A stretch of DNA of 64,000 nucleotides, from NCBI GenBank assembly GCA_050251055.1, contig JBFWNL010000005.1, forward strand, positions 128,001 to 192,000, written 5' to 3'. The notes under the pieces are model-generated. The model saw only the letters and a program-made list of their open reading frames with translations, made no database searches and had not been told where the DNA came from. This DNA comes from Bacteriovoracia bacterium. GTDB lineage: Bacteria > Bdellovibrionota > UBA1018 > JBFWNL01. Position 1 is the first letter of the stretch. Every line of letters starts with the position of its first letter. Position numbers and translations under genes: made by a program. This document shows positions 19,626-30,005 of this stretch, piece after piece.

Positions 19626-20492
19626 CTACTTCGATTTCACCACGGGATGCGATAGCGGGAAAAACTGAAAATTCGCCTGGTACACCTTGGGCGACTTGAG
19701 TTCATCACGTGCGACTACATCCATGATTTGATCCCGTAGATTGCGGATCATTTCCTTGATCTGCGCGCAGGCCTCTTCCGAGGCGAGGATCGTGATCGAC
19801 GAGATATCGCGCTCGGGTTTAGGGATGCGATCGATCGCTTCACCTGCCAAGCGCAGCATATGCCGATGATACTGGGCGATGGCCGCGGAAGTCACCTCGT
19901 CGCTCGTCATGAGCGCACCGGTATTTTGCCGCAGCTGGCCCTTTGGATCGCGCTGCAGGATTCCCAGCGCCAAAAGATCCTTCAGGGCTTTTTTTGCGTC
20001 CTCCGTGGAAATGGGTGGGTTCATCTGGCGCGCGATCCAGGCGGGATCTTCGCGGAAGCCCGGAGCGCCCACCAGCTCGCGAATCGGGATCAGGAACCAC
20101 TGAGAGTAATACTGGTATTGAGCGTCATTGAGCGGGTGCATCCGCTTGTACTTCTCGCTTTGCAGCAGCTCGCTCGCATGGTGCTCTTTCTGCACGGTGT
20201 TTTTTGATTGGTTGAAATTCACAAGGTTGCGGAAAAATGCGGATTCCGCCCGGCTGAGTTTCAGCGCGCGCGCCACCTTGGTCACGCCCTGGGGCGATAG
20301 GTTGCGTTTCCCTTCCATCACCAGTTTGAAAAAATTCGGCGAGGCAAACCCGCCGCGTTTGGCGAGGAAGCGAAACGAGAATTCCGGCCGCACAGCTTTC
20401 ATCTGCTGATAGTAGTCGCGAAGGTATTGCCGGTAATCGGCGTAGCCGAAGATAACGGGGGTCGCGTGAGTTTTAGAAGATGCTTTGGCCAC
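19626..20492 (-). CDS. TIGR02147 family protein (HTH + DUF4423)
   Basis: IFGYADYRQYLRDYY, FSFRFLAKRGGFASPNFFKLVMEGKRNL, W...IREL, RDISS and VYQANFQFFPL. Confidence 0.9.
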   Translation of the reverse strand: MAKASSKTHATPVIFGYADYRQYLRDYYQQMKAVRPEFSFRFLAKRGGFASPNFFKLVMEGKRNLSPQGVTKVARALKLSRAESAFFRNLVNFNQSKNTVQKEHHASELLQSEKYKRMHPLNDAQYQYYSQWFLIPIRELVGAPGFREDPAWIARQMNPPISTEDAKKALKDLLALGILQRDPKGQLRQNTGALMTSDEVTSAAIAQYHRHMLRLAGEAIDRIPKPERDISSITILASEEACAQIKEMIRNLRDQIMDVVARDELKSPKVYQANFQFFPLSHPVVKSK

Positions 20493-20545
20493 CTACTTGA
20501 GTATACGGCCAGAATACGAAACCGCAACCAGGTTACGGAGCGGGT

Positions 20546-21832
20546 CTAGCGTCGACCGCCGCCGCTACGGGGGCCCCGGCCACCACGTCCGCCACGTCCA
20601 CCGCGTGCGCCGCCGCCACCGCGCCCACCTCGGCCCCCCCGTTCGGCGGGGCGGGAATTCAGAGCTTCGGGGTTCAAGGAGTCGCGGAATTCCGCGGGAA
20701 TGGGTTTGCCGAGCATGCGCTCGATTTCGCGGATCGAGCCGCGATCACGCAAGGTTGCAAATGTAGTCGCGCGGCCGGTTTCTCCCTTGCGACCCGTGCG
20801 GCCGATGCGATGGATGTAATCTTCGGGTTCCATGGGCAGGTCGTAGTTTACGACGTGCGCCACGCTGTCGACGTGAATGCCGCGACCGGCGACGTCGGTG
20901 GCGATCAGGATGCGGTACTTTCCTTCTTTGAATTCCGCGAGCGCCTGCTCACGGTATTTTTGGAGGCGGTCGGAATGGATTTGGGTCGCGTCGTAGATGC
21001 CGCGGCTATGCAGGGAGCGCCAAAGGTGGCTGGCGCCGTCTTTCGAGCGGGTGAAGACGATGATCGTACCTTTTTCCTCACGCATCACGCGCGAGAGCTC
21101 GCGGTTCTTGGATTCTTCCTTCATCCAGATCAGCCGCTGGTCGACGGTAGGGGCGCTGGAAGTCGGCTTGCCGATGGCGACGCGCTTGGGCTCGTACATG
21201 ATCTTCGCCGCCAGGCGTTCCACGGAAGGCGGAAATGTCGCCGAAAATACCATGGTTTGGCGCTCCGGTGGGACGGCCATCATGATGCGGGAGAGCTGAT
21301 CGGCGAAACCCATGTCGAGCATGCGATCGGCTTCGTCGAGCACCACCATCTGGATGAAGTCGAGCCAGATATTGCCGCGCTCTAGGTGATCACAAAGCCG
21401 CCCGGGAGTGGCGACGATGATCTGCGGATAGGTAGCCAGCGCTGCGGCATCTTGGCGCATATCGACGCCGCCAATGAGCACGGCCGAACGCACGCCTCGG
21501 GGCGTGCCAAAAATTTCGAGGGTCGCTTGGGTTTGCTGCGCGATCTCACGCGTGGGCGCCAAGATCAATCCGTACGTGCCTTCCTTGCCCACGAAGCGCT
21601 CCACCATGGGAAGCACGAAGCTGGCGGTTTTTCCGGTTCCGGTCTGCGCCGAGGCGATGAGGTCATGATGGTCGAGTGACAGGGGAATCGTTTGCGCTTG
21701 CACCGGCGTGGGATACTGGAAGCCAGCTTTCTCAATGAGCTTCAGAGTTTCGGATGACAAGCCGAGTTCAGCCCACGTAGCGCGCGGCGCTTCTGGGGCG
21801 GGTGTCGGTTCAGGGGTGATCGTGTCAGACAT
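20546..21832 (-). CDS. DEAD-box RNA helicase (RhlE-like) with RGG tail
   Basis: AQTGTGKT, PTRE, DEAD, SAT, HRIGRTGR; C-terminal GGRGGR repeats. Confidence 0.95.
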   Translation of the reverse strand: MSDTITPEPTPAPEAPRATWAELGLSSETLKLIEKAGFQYPTPVQAQTIPLSLDHHDLIASAQTGTGKTASFVLPMVERFVGKEGTYGLILAPTREIAQQTQATLEIFGTPRGVRSAVLIGGVDMRQDAAALATYPQIIVATPGRLCDHLERGNIWLDFIQMVVLDEADRMLDMGFADQLSRIMMAVPPERQTMVFSATFPPSVERLAAKIMYEPKRVAIGKPTSSAPTVDQRLIWMKEESKNRELSRVMREEKGTIIVFTRSKDGASHLWRSLHSRGIYDATQIHSDRLQKYREQALAEFKEGKYRILIATDVAGRGIHVDSVAHVVNYDLPMEPEDYIHRIGRTGRKGETGRATTFATLRDRGSIREIERMLGKPIPAEFRDSLNPEALNSRPAERGGRGGRGGGGARGGRGGRGGRGPRSGGGRR

Positions 21833-21912
21833 TGAGCTTCTGTTTACCCAAAAACATATAAAAACCGTAGGAAAATCCCCCGGGGGTGCGTCATCTACGG
21901 TATGATTCCTCC

Positions 21913-23433
21913 ATGACCAAGCTAAAACCGACTGAACATGTCGGTTGGGCTATCTTCTGGATAACGCTGGCGCTCCGGGTGTTTTGGGCCTGGCGGATTC
22001 CGCTCACCGGTGACGAAGCCTACTACGTGACTTGGGGCTTAACCCCCGCCCTCGGGTATTACGATCACCCTCCCATGGTGGGGTGGTGGCTGGCGGCGCT
22101 CGTTCCGTTTTCTTTGCATGCGCTTTGGCTTCGCTTGCCCGCAGTGTTCCTGTTCCCGGTGATCGCCCTTTGGGCGCGGCGCGAACAAGGGCGCTGGGAT
22201 GCGGCGGCGCTTCTTTGGGTAATAGTGCCGCTGGACCTCTTCATGTTCGCCATGGTCCCGGACGCGCCGCTCGTATTATTTCTTGCCGCATTTTTTGGGA
22301 TCTGGACTCAGGGACGAACGCGGGCGTCCGCGGTTACCGCGGGCATTTGCCTGGGGGGTGCGCTGCTCTCGAAGTACTTCGCCTGGTTTCTCTTGCCGAT
22401 CCTGGGGGCGACTCTGATTTTGCCCGCGCTCGGTCGACGCATGCAGCAGGCCCGGTTGGGTGAACTACGGGGTTTGCCCGATCCCCGCCGCACGGCTTTG
22501 ACATTTCTCGCGGCCGCACCGGCGATGTTCTTTCATTTGGGCTGGAACTCCGCTCATTGCTGGGTGAATTGGGAGTTCAACGCGCATACGCGGCTGCGCG
22601 TGGCGCAGGCAGCGAGTATCGGTGAACGTCTCACGCAGGTTGGGGTAGGGGTGTTTTGGGCCGCGCTGTTCCTATGGCCTTTTGTACCCGCCTTGCGCAA
22701 GCATTGGCGAGAGAGCGCCCATCTGTGGACGGTGGCGCTCGCGGGCTTTGCGCTCGTGATCGCGTCCACCTGGAAAAACCCGGTCAGCATTCACTATTAT
22801 CTCCCTTATCTGGTACCGTTGCTGGTCTGGATGGGACGTCTCCCGCGTAGCGCGGATTTTTCGGGAGATCGCGCGGCGGCCTGGGCGTTGGCTGGCAATG
22901 GTTTGATGTCGGGTGTGCTCGCGCTGGGCGTGACGGGTGTGCTGCTCCTGCCGATGGACACCTGGAAAGACTATCGAATTCATCGAAGCCTGGTACTGTT
23001 CGCCGGGGCGCCGGCGCTCGCACGCCAGATTGAAAGTCGTGCGCGAGACCTGGGAGGGGAGTGGATTTGGGCGTCCGATGGGTACACGAGTAGCGCCATG
23101 CTGGAGGCCGCGCGCGGGCGCGACGTGGTGGTGTTGGGGTGGCACTCGCACTGGGGACGCCAAGACGATTACCGTACGGACTTTCGACGACTGGACGGAA
23201 AGTCCTTTTTAATTTTCTCCCAGCATGTGGCCGCAGGCTCTCCCTACGGAGCGTATTTCCAAGACGTGAAGCAGGAAACGATCACGTTGCAGGGCCAGAC
23301 GTTTTACCTTTGGGTGGGAAAGGGATTTCGCTTCGCCGATTACGCGCGCGAAGTGATGAGCATCGATCGTCGCTCCGGGCTGCTGCTCCCCTGCGCCCGT
23401 ACGGCCTTGCCAGACGCGGTAGATTCCCGGTAA
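21913..23433 (+). CDS. Glycosyltransferase family 39/83 (ArnT-like) membrane protein
   Basis: DEAYY, GYYDHPP, PDAPL and LLSKY; multiple TM helices. Confidence 0.85.
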   Translation: MTKLKPTEHVGWAIFWITLALRVFWAWRIPLTGDEAYYVTWGLTPALGYYDHPPMVGWWLAALVPFSLHALWLRLPAVFLFPVIALWARREQGRWDAAALLWVIVPLDLFMFAMVPDAPLVLFLAAFFGIWTQGRTRASAVTAGICLGGALLSKYFAWFLLPILGATLILPALGRRMQQARLGELRGLPDPRRTALTFLAAAPAMFFHLGWNSAHCWVNWEFNAHTRLRVAQAASIGERLTQVGVGVFWAALFLWPFVPALRKHWRESAHLWTVALAGFALVIASTWKNPVSIHYYLPYLVPLLVWMGRLPRSADFSGDRAAAWALAGNGLMSGVLALGVTGVLLLPMDTWKDYRIHRSLVLFAGAPALARQIESRARDLGGEWIWASDGYTSSAMLEAARGRDVVVLGWHSHWGRQDDYRTDFRRLDGKSFLIFSQHVAAGSPYGAYFQDVKQETITLQGQTFYLWVGKGFRFADYAREVMSIDRRSGLLLPCARTALPDAVDSR

Positions 23434-23445
23434 AGACAAAACTCC

Positions 23446-25404
23446 ATGCTGCAACTCCGCGATCTTAGCAAGCGCTTCGGGTCCAAGGTTCTCTTCGAGG
23501 GGGCCGAGCTGAATCTAGGCCACCGCTCCCGCGTGGCGCTGATTGGTCCCAACGGCGCCGGCAAAAGCACGCTCATTCGCATGATCCTGGGTCTGGAAGA
23601 CCCGGACACGGGCGTGGTCGCGCGCGCGAATCACCTGGCCATCGGACATCTGCCGCAGGAGCTGCCGCGGATGGAGAGTGATACGGTGCTGGGCGAAGTC
23701 CTGCGTTTGGACGGGAGAACGCAAGATTTGGCGGCGGCGAAGCGGGAGCTCGAGGAGAAGTTTTCGGCTGCCGGAGCGGAACCTAGCGAGGCGGACCTCG
23801 AGCGCTACGGGCGAGTACTCGAGGAGATCGAGGGGCTGGACGAAGCCCGGCGGGAGGCGAAGGCGAAGTCCATTTTGAGCGGAATGGGATTCGCCGCGAA
23901 GGATTACGGAAGGAAGCTCACGGAGTTCAGCGGCGGCTGGCTCATGCGCGTGGCGCTTTCCCGGATCCTGCTCATGGATCCCGATCTGCTTCTGCTCGAC
24001 GAGCCCACCAACCACTTGGATTTGGAATCACTCCTGTGGCTCGAGAATTTCTTGCAGCGCCATCGTGGCGCGCTCTTCATGGTGAGTCACGATACGGCGT
24101 TCCTCAATAAGCTCGTGACGGAGGTCATGGAGATCGATCAGAAACGCCTTTGGGTGTATCGCGGCAATCTCGATTCTTATGTCGTGCAAAAAGAAGAACG
24201 GCTGAAGGTGTTGCGCGCGCAGTACGCGGGTCAGCAGGCGAAGATCGCCGAAATCGAAGCATTCGTCGCACGCTTCGGGGCCAAGGCCACGAAGGCGAGC
24301 CAGGCGCAGAGCCGTCTCAAGCAGCTCGAGAAAATGGAGCGGATCGAACTACCCGATGAGCAAGCGACCGTGCGCTTCCGTTTCCCGCCCGCTCCCCATA
24401 GCGGTAAGGAAGTTCTCACCGTGAAGCAGGGGCAGGTGCGCTTCGGGGAAAAGGTGGTGTTTCGCGACCTCAACTGGACGGTCCCGCGGGGCTCGCGCAC
24501 CGCGATCGTCGGGGTGAATGGGGCGGGAAAGACCACCTTGCTGAAATTACTCGCGCAGATCTTGCCGCCGTCGGAAGGCACGGTGAAGTTGGGGCACGAG
24601 GTGAAGGTGGGCTACTACGCCCAGCTGCAGGCCGAAACCCTGAATCCCGCGCACACGGTGGTGCAGGAGCTCGAGACGGTCGTGAAGGACCTGCCGGTGA
24701 GCCGGGTGCGGGCGATCGCGGGCGCGTTTCTTTTTTCGGGCGATGCGGCGGACAAGAAGTGTTCGGTGCTCTCGGGCGGTGAGCGCGCGCGCGTCGCCTT
24801 GGCGAAGCTCTTGCTTTCGCCGTCGAACTTCCTCTTGCTGGACGAACCTACGAACCACTTGGATGTGCAATCCCGCGGCGTGCTGGCCGAAGCGCTGGCA
24901 GATTACACGGGAACGCTTTGTCTGGTGTCCCACGATCGGGCCTTTATGGCGCCGCTCGTGGACCGGGTCTTGGAGATCGTACCGGCTCCCGGCGGTTCGC
25001 AAGTGCATTTTCTTTTGGATAGCTACGAAGACTATTTGGCGCGCAAGGTCCGCGAGCTGGCGGAACAGGGCGACGCCTTGGCCGCCGATGCGTCGGATGG
25101 GCGGGCCAGCGTTCGCGCGGAAAAGGGGACGGAGGAGAGGGGGGCTAAGTCCACCCGGACCGGCCCTTCCAACAACCAGATTCAAGCCTGGCGCCGGGAA
25201 CGTGAGAAGCTCGAAGCCGAGATCACGGCCACGGAAAAGGATCAAGCGGCGGTGCGTGAACAGGCGGCCGATCCCGCCGCCTACGAAGATAAGACGAAGG
25301 CCTTGGCGCTGATCGAAAAGCAGCGCGAGATTGAATCGAAGCTGCATTCTCTCCTCTCCCGCTGGGAAGAAGTCTGTACGCAGCTCGAGGCCGCCGGGAA
25401 GTAG
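23446..25404 (+). CDS. ABC-F family ATP-binding protein
   Basis: Two ABC domains (GPNGAGKS, FSGGW, LLDEPTNHLD twice), interdomain linker KATKASQAQSR, C-terminal coiled coil, no TM segments. Confidence 0.95.
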   Translation: MLQLRDLSKRFGSKVLFEGAELNLGHRSRVALIGPNGAGKSTLIRMILGLEDPDTGVVARANHLAIGHLPQELPRMESDTVLGEVLRLDGRTQDLAAAKRELEEKFSAAGAEPSEADLERYGRVLEEIEGLDEARREAKAKSILSGMGFAAKDYGRKLTEFSGGWLMRVALSRILLMDPDLLLLDEPTNHLDLESLLWLENFLQRHRGALFMVSHDTAFLNKLVTEVMEIDQKRLWVYRGNLDSYVVQKEERLKVLRAQYAGQQAKIAEIEAFVARFGAKATKASQAQSRLKQLEKMERIELPDEQATVRFRFPPAPHSGKEVLTVKQGQVRFGEKVVFRDLNWTVPRGSRTAIVGVNGAGKTTLLKLLAQILPPSEGTVKLGHEVKVGYYAQLQAETLNPAHTVVQELETVVKDLPVSRVRAIAGAFLFSGDAADKKCSVLSGGERARVALAKLLLSPSNFLLLDEPTNHLDVQSRGVLAEALADYTGTLCLVSHDRAFMAPLVDRVLEIVPAPGGSQVHFLLDSYEDYLARKVRELAEQGDALAADASDGRASVRAEKGTEERGAKSTRTGPSNNQIQAWRREREKLEAEITATEKDQAAVREQAADPAAYEDKTKALALIEKQREIESKLHSLLSRWEEVCTQLEAAGK

Positions 25405-25418
25405 CTCGGATCGGCGGG

Positions 25419-25841
25419 TTATTGATTGCCGAAGATCACGCGGTCGGCCGAAAAGCGTCCTGGGCCACCGACCAAGAACAGCATCGACACCGCGAAATAC
25501 ACGGAGGCGAGTTCATAGGAGCCGCCGCGACCGACGAAGGGATCGCCCCGCATGATGTGCGTCGAAGCCGCCACCGTCATCGTGCAAAGCAGGCCGAACG
25601 ACGCCACCGGCACGAAGAGTCCGATGGCGAGCAGGAAGCCGCCGCCAAATTCGGAGAGCGCAGCTAACGCCTGCAGAATCGCGGGCATGTTGGCGTCCGG
25701 GCCCATCCAGCTCAACGGATTTTGGATCTTGCCCCAGCCGTGGAACATGAAGGCGATGCCGGTGATCACGCGTAGGATCAGTAACGCGATAGAAGGAACG
25801 ATCGGAGAGTGGGGGACGCGCAGGTATTTCGCTAGGGCCAT
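25419..25841 (-). CDS. DoxX family membrane protein
   Basis: LRV..G..F..HGWGK, EFGGG, YEL and GPGRFSAD. Confidence 0.92.
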   Translation of the reverse strand: MALAKYLRVPHSPIVPSIALLILRVITGIAFMFHGWGKIQNPLSWMGPDANMPAILQALAALSEFGGGFLLAIGLFVPVASFGLLCTMTVAASTHIMRGDPFVGRGGSYELASVYFAVSMLFLVGGPGRFSADRVIFGNQ

Positions 25842-25852
25842 TTTTTCCTCAT

Positions 25853-25886
25853 AAAAAAACCGACCACCCGTACGGGCATGGCCGGT
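25853..25886 (-). terminator. Putative intrinsic terminator between the Spy-like gene and doxX
   Basis: Minus-strand hairpin ACCGGCCA...TGGTCGGT followed by T7. Confidence 0.6.
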
Positions 25887-25922
25887 CGATAAATTTCGAT
25901 GAACTTCAGTAAAGCGGGCCGA

Positions 25923-26351
25923 CTATTCGCGGACGCATTCCATGAAGACTTCGTTGAATACTTCGCGTTGCTCCTTGGAGAGCAGATTAATCACGCCGAC
26001 TTGAGCGTCACGGATCGCGCCATGCACGGGAGCCCCGGCTTCCATGAGGCCTTTTTCTGCGGCAATCACGGCGTCGCGCGAGATGGGGTGGGCTTTCCAG
26101 GCCACCATCATGCCCTTCATGGCTTTCTGGATGGCTTCCTTGTTCTTCTTCATCACGTCACGGGCGCCCGCGATGATTTCGCCGGCTTTATTGTTTTGCT
26201 CGTCGGAGGTGTCCGCGGCTTTCCAAGCTTCGTGCATGCATTCGTGCACCTTGCCGGCGCCGTTTTCCTTCAGGTCGGCGAAGTCCACGGTTTCGGCGAA
26301 CGCCGCGGAAGAGATCAAGAGTACGGCCAAAGAGCTCATTGCTTTTAACAT
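25923..26351 (-). CDS. Periplasmic Spy/CpxP-like helical protein
   Basis: Signal peptide (AFA); LTxxQ-like motifs TSDEQ and LSKEQR; Met-rich helices. Confidence 0.7.
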   Translation of the reverse strand: MLKAMSSLAVLLISSAAFAETVDFADLKENGAGKVHECMHEAWKAADTSDEQNNKAGEIIAGARDVMKKNKEAIQKAMKGMMVAWKAHPISRDAVIAAEKGLMEAGAPVHGAIRDAQVGVINLLSKEQREVFNEVFMECVRE

Positions 26352-26457
26352 CGTTCATTCCCCCTTTTAGGTTGGCCTGGAGTGTACCCCCCGTATTTGG
26401 GAGGGACAAGGCGAATTTCCGATTGCGCGTTGCAGCTGGTTACGTCACACTCACCAG

Positions 26458-27318
26458 GTGGCGTCCCCGCGCGATTTTGACGCGAAGTTTGGCCGTGAGT
26501 TCATCGATACTCTCCCGCGCACTCCGGGGGTCTACCGGATTTTCGACGCCGGTTCCCAGTTAATCTATATCGGTAAAGCGAAAAACCTGCGGCGGCGTCT
26601 CGCTCAGTACCGGAAACCTAAACGGGTGAAGCGTCATGCGAAAATGCGGGCGGTGATTACTGATGCCGCCCGGATCGAGATCGAGACCTGTCCGACGGAA
26701 CTCGCCGCGCTTTTGCTGGAAACCCAGTTGATCCAAGCGCATCGGCCCAAATGGAACGTCGCGGGGGCTTTTTACTTTCTTTATCCCTTGGTTGGCTGGC
26801 AGCGCTTGCCAAATGGCGATGTTTTGCTGGGATACACCACCTCGCCCGATGAGGTCGCCGCTGCGTGCCCGGGCATTTCGTTTCACGGCGCCTTCCGTTC
26901 GCGCCAGCGCACGCGCGAGGCGTTCTTTGCCTTGAGTCGGCTACTCGAGTATATCGGCCATCGCGAAATTCCTTCGCTGGCTTTACCCAAATACACGCAC
27001 GTCTACCGGTTTCGTAAACTGCCCGAGGCCGGTGATTGGGCCGGGCAGTGGGACGCTTTTTTCCGCGGCGATTCGATGCAGGCGTTAAAGGAGCTATCCT
27101 TGGCCTTAGTGGAGAAACCGGCGGCCCGCCGGGACAGTGGCGAAGTGCAGGACCATCTTCGGGCGATTGCCCGTTTTTGGCGACATGAAGTGCAGCTTTT
27201 GAGGCAAACGCGCGATCGAATCCAGGAAATGGCGTATCCGATCCCACAAAAACGCCGGGATGCACTTTTTTTAGAAGCGCGGTTTCGCGAGCGAGCCCCC
27301 GAGGTTCAGGCTCCGTGA
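26458..27318 (+). CDS. GIY-YIG nuclease family protein (UvrC-like N-terminus)
   Basis: LPRTPGVY, IYIGKAKNLRRRL and E..ALLLE..LI..HRPKWN. Confidence 0.88.
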   Translation: MASPRDFDAKFGREFIDTLPRTPGVYRIFDAGSQLIYIGKAKNLRRRLAQYRKPKRVKRHAKMRAVITDAARIEIETCPTELAALLLETQLIQAHRPKWNVAGAFYFLYPLVGWQRLPNGDVLLGYTTSPDEVAAACPGISFHGAFRSRQRTREAFFALSRLLEYIGHREIPSLALPKYTHVYRFRKLPEAGDWAGQWDAFFRGDSMQALKELSLALVEKPAARRDSGEVQDHLRAIARFWRHEVQLLRQTRDRIQEMAYPIPQKRRDALFLEARFRERAPEVQAP

Positions 27319-28064
27319 CCGGAGCTGCCCAGCTTGGCTTGGCGTCGGAACTCCCCGAACAATCCCATGAAACGTGAGAAGACTTCGGTACTGAGCTCGA
27401 GGGAGCGCGCGATATGCCGCTCGGTATCTTGGCGAATCTGATCGGCCGAGTAGGCGTTGCCGGGTTCGGCGAGCTCCCTTTGATTGCCGGGGACCTGCAA
27501 CCAACGCTCGATCATGGGTTGATCCACTTCGAGATGAAATTGCAGACCGTAAACTTTTTCTCCGTATCGGAAGGCCTGGCTCGCACATCCGGAGGTGAAG
27601 GCCAGGTGGCGGGCGTCCCGGGGGACGTCAAAGGTGTCGCCGTGCCATTGAAAGATCATCTCACGTGGTCGGCAGCCCGCGAATAGGGGGTCGGCTTGTC
27701 CCTCCTGGGTAAGGGACACCTCGTACCAACCAATCTCCCGTCGTTCGTGCTTGCGCGCCGTCGCGCCCAATACTTGCGCGAGCAGTTGGGAGCCGAGGCA
27801 AATTCCCAATATCGGAATCCCCAGCTTGAGGGCTTGCTCGATGCCGCGCATTTCCTCGCGAAGGTGGGGGTAGTGGTCAGCTTCGTAAACCCCCATCGGA
27901 CCCCCGAGTATAATGAGTCCATTGTATCCTTCTAGCTCGGGCTTCAGCCCGCCGTCCCGCCCGAAGTTCAGGTATCGAATCTTGAAACCCGCTTTTTTGA
28001 GGAGCGGGTTCAAGGTGCCCAGTGGTTCGTGGGCCACGTGTTGGAAGATCATCATGTTACGCAT
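27306..28064 (-). CDS. Class I glutamine amidotransferase (GMP-synthase-like)
   Basis: LGGPMGVY, GICLGSQL, FQWHGDTF and LQFHLE. Confidence 0.92.
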   Translation of the reverse strand: MRNMMIFQHVAHEPLGTLNPLLKKAGFKIRYLNFGRDGGLKPELEGYNGLIILGGPMGVYEADHYPHLREEMRGIEQALKLGIPILGICLGSQLLAQVLGATARKHERREIGWYEVSLTQEGQADPLFAGCRPREMIFQWHGDTFDVPRDARHLAFTSGCASQAFRYGEKVYGLQFHLEVDQPMIERWLQVPGNQRELAEPGNAYSADQIRQDTERHIARSLELSTEVFSRFMGLFGEFRRQAKLGSSGHGA

Positions 28065-28104
28065 AGGGTGTTCCTCGACCGGAACTCACCCAGTGTAACA
28101 CGGC

Positions 28105-29976
28105 CTATTGGGCGTTGAGAATCGAGTAGCTTCCGCCCGGATTGCCCAGGAGAGGCGTGAAAATATTCTGGATGGCCATGATCGATCCGCGAACCAAGAC
28201 GATGGAAGCCGAAGGCCCGTGCGCGCCCGAGCCGCCCCGGCCGCCGTTTCCACCGCTACCGCCCTTACCGCCGTTTCCTCCCGCACCGGATTTCGAGCAG
28301 CCATTCTTTTGCCCGCCCTTGCCACCATTTCCGCCGGATCCACCGGCGCCGCCTGAACCGCCCATGCCACCGGCGCCCCCGCCGGCGGCGATGAGAGAGT
28401 TATTCTGGAGGAGCGTGCCGCTGGACTCGTAGATGAACACCGCGAATGAGCCTCCTCCGCCTTGTCCACCGGTGCCGCCTTGTCCACCGGTGCCGCCCGC
28501 GCCGCCCCCGCCGCCACTCCCGCCCGCGGTCTCCGAACAGCCAAAAAAGCACTCACGGGTTCCGCCCCCGCCGCCCCCGCCACCACCACCGGCGCCCGTA
28601 TTTCCGGTCTCGCCCGACTTTCCAGCCGCACTTACCCAAAAGCCTTCCACGCTTCCGCCGCCGTTTCCGTTCGAGCCATCGGTACCCGTCAGCGCCGCCG
28701 GAGCGTTCGCGCCGTTTGCGCCGGATTTTGCGTTGGAGCCGTCGGTGGAGCTTTGGCCACCGAGACCGCCGAGTATACCTTGCGCGCTCGCCGCACCACT
28801 GCGTCCAGCAGTCGCTCCCAGGCCGGAGTCGCCACCTCGTCCGCCGTACGTGAGTGCGACGGCGCCGACGCCACCGCTACCCCCGGCACTCGGATATTGG
28901 GGGTTTGGATTTGAGCACACTGCGTCTCGACCGCTTACGCCGTATCCTCCTGGCGTACCCTGCGGACCCGAGGTTCCCGCGGTCCCGGGGGCACCGTATT
29001 TTGCTTGGATGACGTTATCGCGTAGGGCTAGAGCCGGGCAGTGGATGCAGTAAACGCCGTAGCTAGAGCCGGCGAGCTGCGAGGCCTGCGGTCCCACGAT
29101 GGTGAATCGTTGGACCTGAGTGCTCTGAGAGATGTTTGCCGCGACGAGCGCTACTTGGTTGCCACCGAGGTCCGCGGCCGCGCTGGGCTGGATCGTAGTC
29201 GTGTGCGTGGCGGAACGTTGCCATTGCGCAGCGGCGTCGTACCCACCGAAAAGCGAGATCCCGTTTACGAGTTCCACGCGCTCGGCATAAGTTCCTCGGC
29301 TGACGTAAACTTCCCGGCGTCCCAGTGCCTGTGCGCGCGTAATGCCGTAGCGGATGGTTTTCGTGGGTTGGCTCATCGTGCCGCTGGTCGCTGCATCTGT
29401 ACCGCTGACGATGTCCACGAATACTCCAGCACTGCGCGTACCGTCGATGCCGTCACAGTTCGTGTCCTGGAAAGCCGTATCAGGCGAATCGGCGGGGGAG
29501 GTGATGTGACATTCGCAACCATCGGCGTCGTCTCCATTCAGATCCACGGTGTCGGGCGAGCACGCCTTACGGATAAATGTAACCGAGAGCACTTCGTCTT
29601 GGCTTAGGTTCAACCGGCAAACGGTGCTTTCGCCGCGAACTTCCACTACGCATGCGGCAGGCCACTGGGCTTCCCAGTGGGCGTTGATTGGCTGGGCCGT
29701 GACCACGATCTCGGTTCCTTCTTCCAGGGAAGCCTCACAGGCTCCCGGGCAGTCGAGCTCCATGTCCGGGTCTTCCGCCCGCAGGGAGCCTTGTTCGGGG
29801 TTGGTGATTTCTAGGCTGAGAGAATGAAGGATGACGGGAACCAGAGTAGTCGTCGGGGTAGGGGTGGGGTCGACCTCGGGGGTGCCGGCGTTTAGGCGAA
29901 CTTGTTGCTCGCATCCCCACATTGCCGCCAGGCTCATCACCATCATCAATGCCCAGAAACGATTCGTGACTTTCAT
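28105..29976 (-). CDS. Gly-rich (PGRS-like) lipoprotein with Cys/Asp motifs and a DUF1565-like beta-helix
   Basis: Lipobox MWGC; DLNGDDADGCEC and DTNCDGIDG; VFV...GTD...GT..QP.KTI; long GGxGGxG tail. Confidence 0.85.
   Translation of the reverse strand: MKVTNRFWALMMVMSLAAMWGCEQQVRLNAGTPEVDPTPTPTTTLVPVILHSLSLEITNPEQGSLRAEDPDMELDCPGACEASLEEGTEIVVTAQPINAHWEAQWPAACVVEVRGESTVCRLNLSQDEVLSVTFIRKACSPDTVDLNGDDADGCECHITSPADSPDTAFQDTNCDGIDGTRSAGVFVDIVSGTDAATSGTMSQPTKTIRYGITRAQALGRREVYVSRGTYAERVELVNGISLFGGYDAAAQWQRSATHTTTIQPSAAADLGGNQVALVAANISQSTQVQRFTIVGPQASQLAGSSYGVYCIHCPALALRDNVIQAKYGAPGTAGTSGPQGTPGGYGVSGRDAVCSNPNPQYPSAGGSGGVGAVALTYGGRGGDSGLGATAGRSGAASAQGILGGLGGQSSTDGSNAKSGANGANAPAALTGTDGSNGNGGGSVEGFWVSAAGKSGETGNTGAGGGGGGGGGGTRECFFGCSETAGGSGGGGGAGGTGGQGGTGGQGGGGSFAVFIYESSGTLLQNNSLIAAGGGAGGMGGSGGAGGSGGNGGKGGQKNGCSKSGAGGNGGKGGSGGNGGRGGSGAHGPSASIVLVRGSIMAIQNIFTPLLGNPGGSYSILNAQ
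28457..28497. repeat. 18-bp tandem repeat (2.3 copies) encoding GGTGGQ
   Basis: CCGCCTTGTCCACCGGTG twice, perfect. Confidence 0.85.
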
Positions 29977-30005
29977 GTGTTCCTCCGCTGTCCCCCTGAT
30001 TTAAA

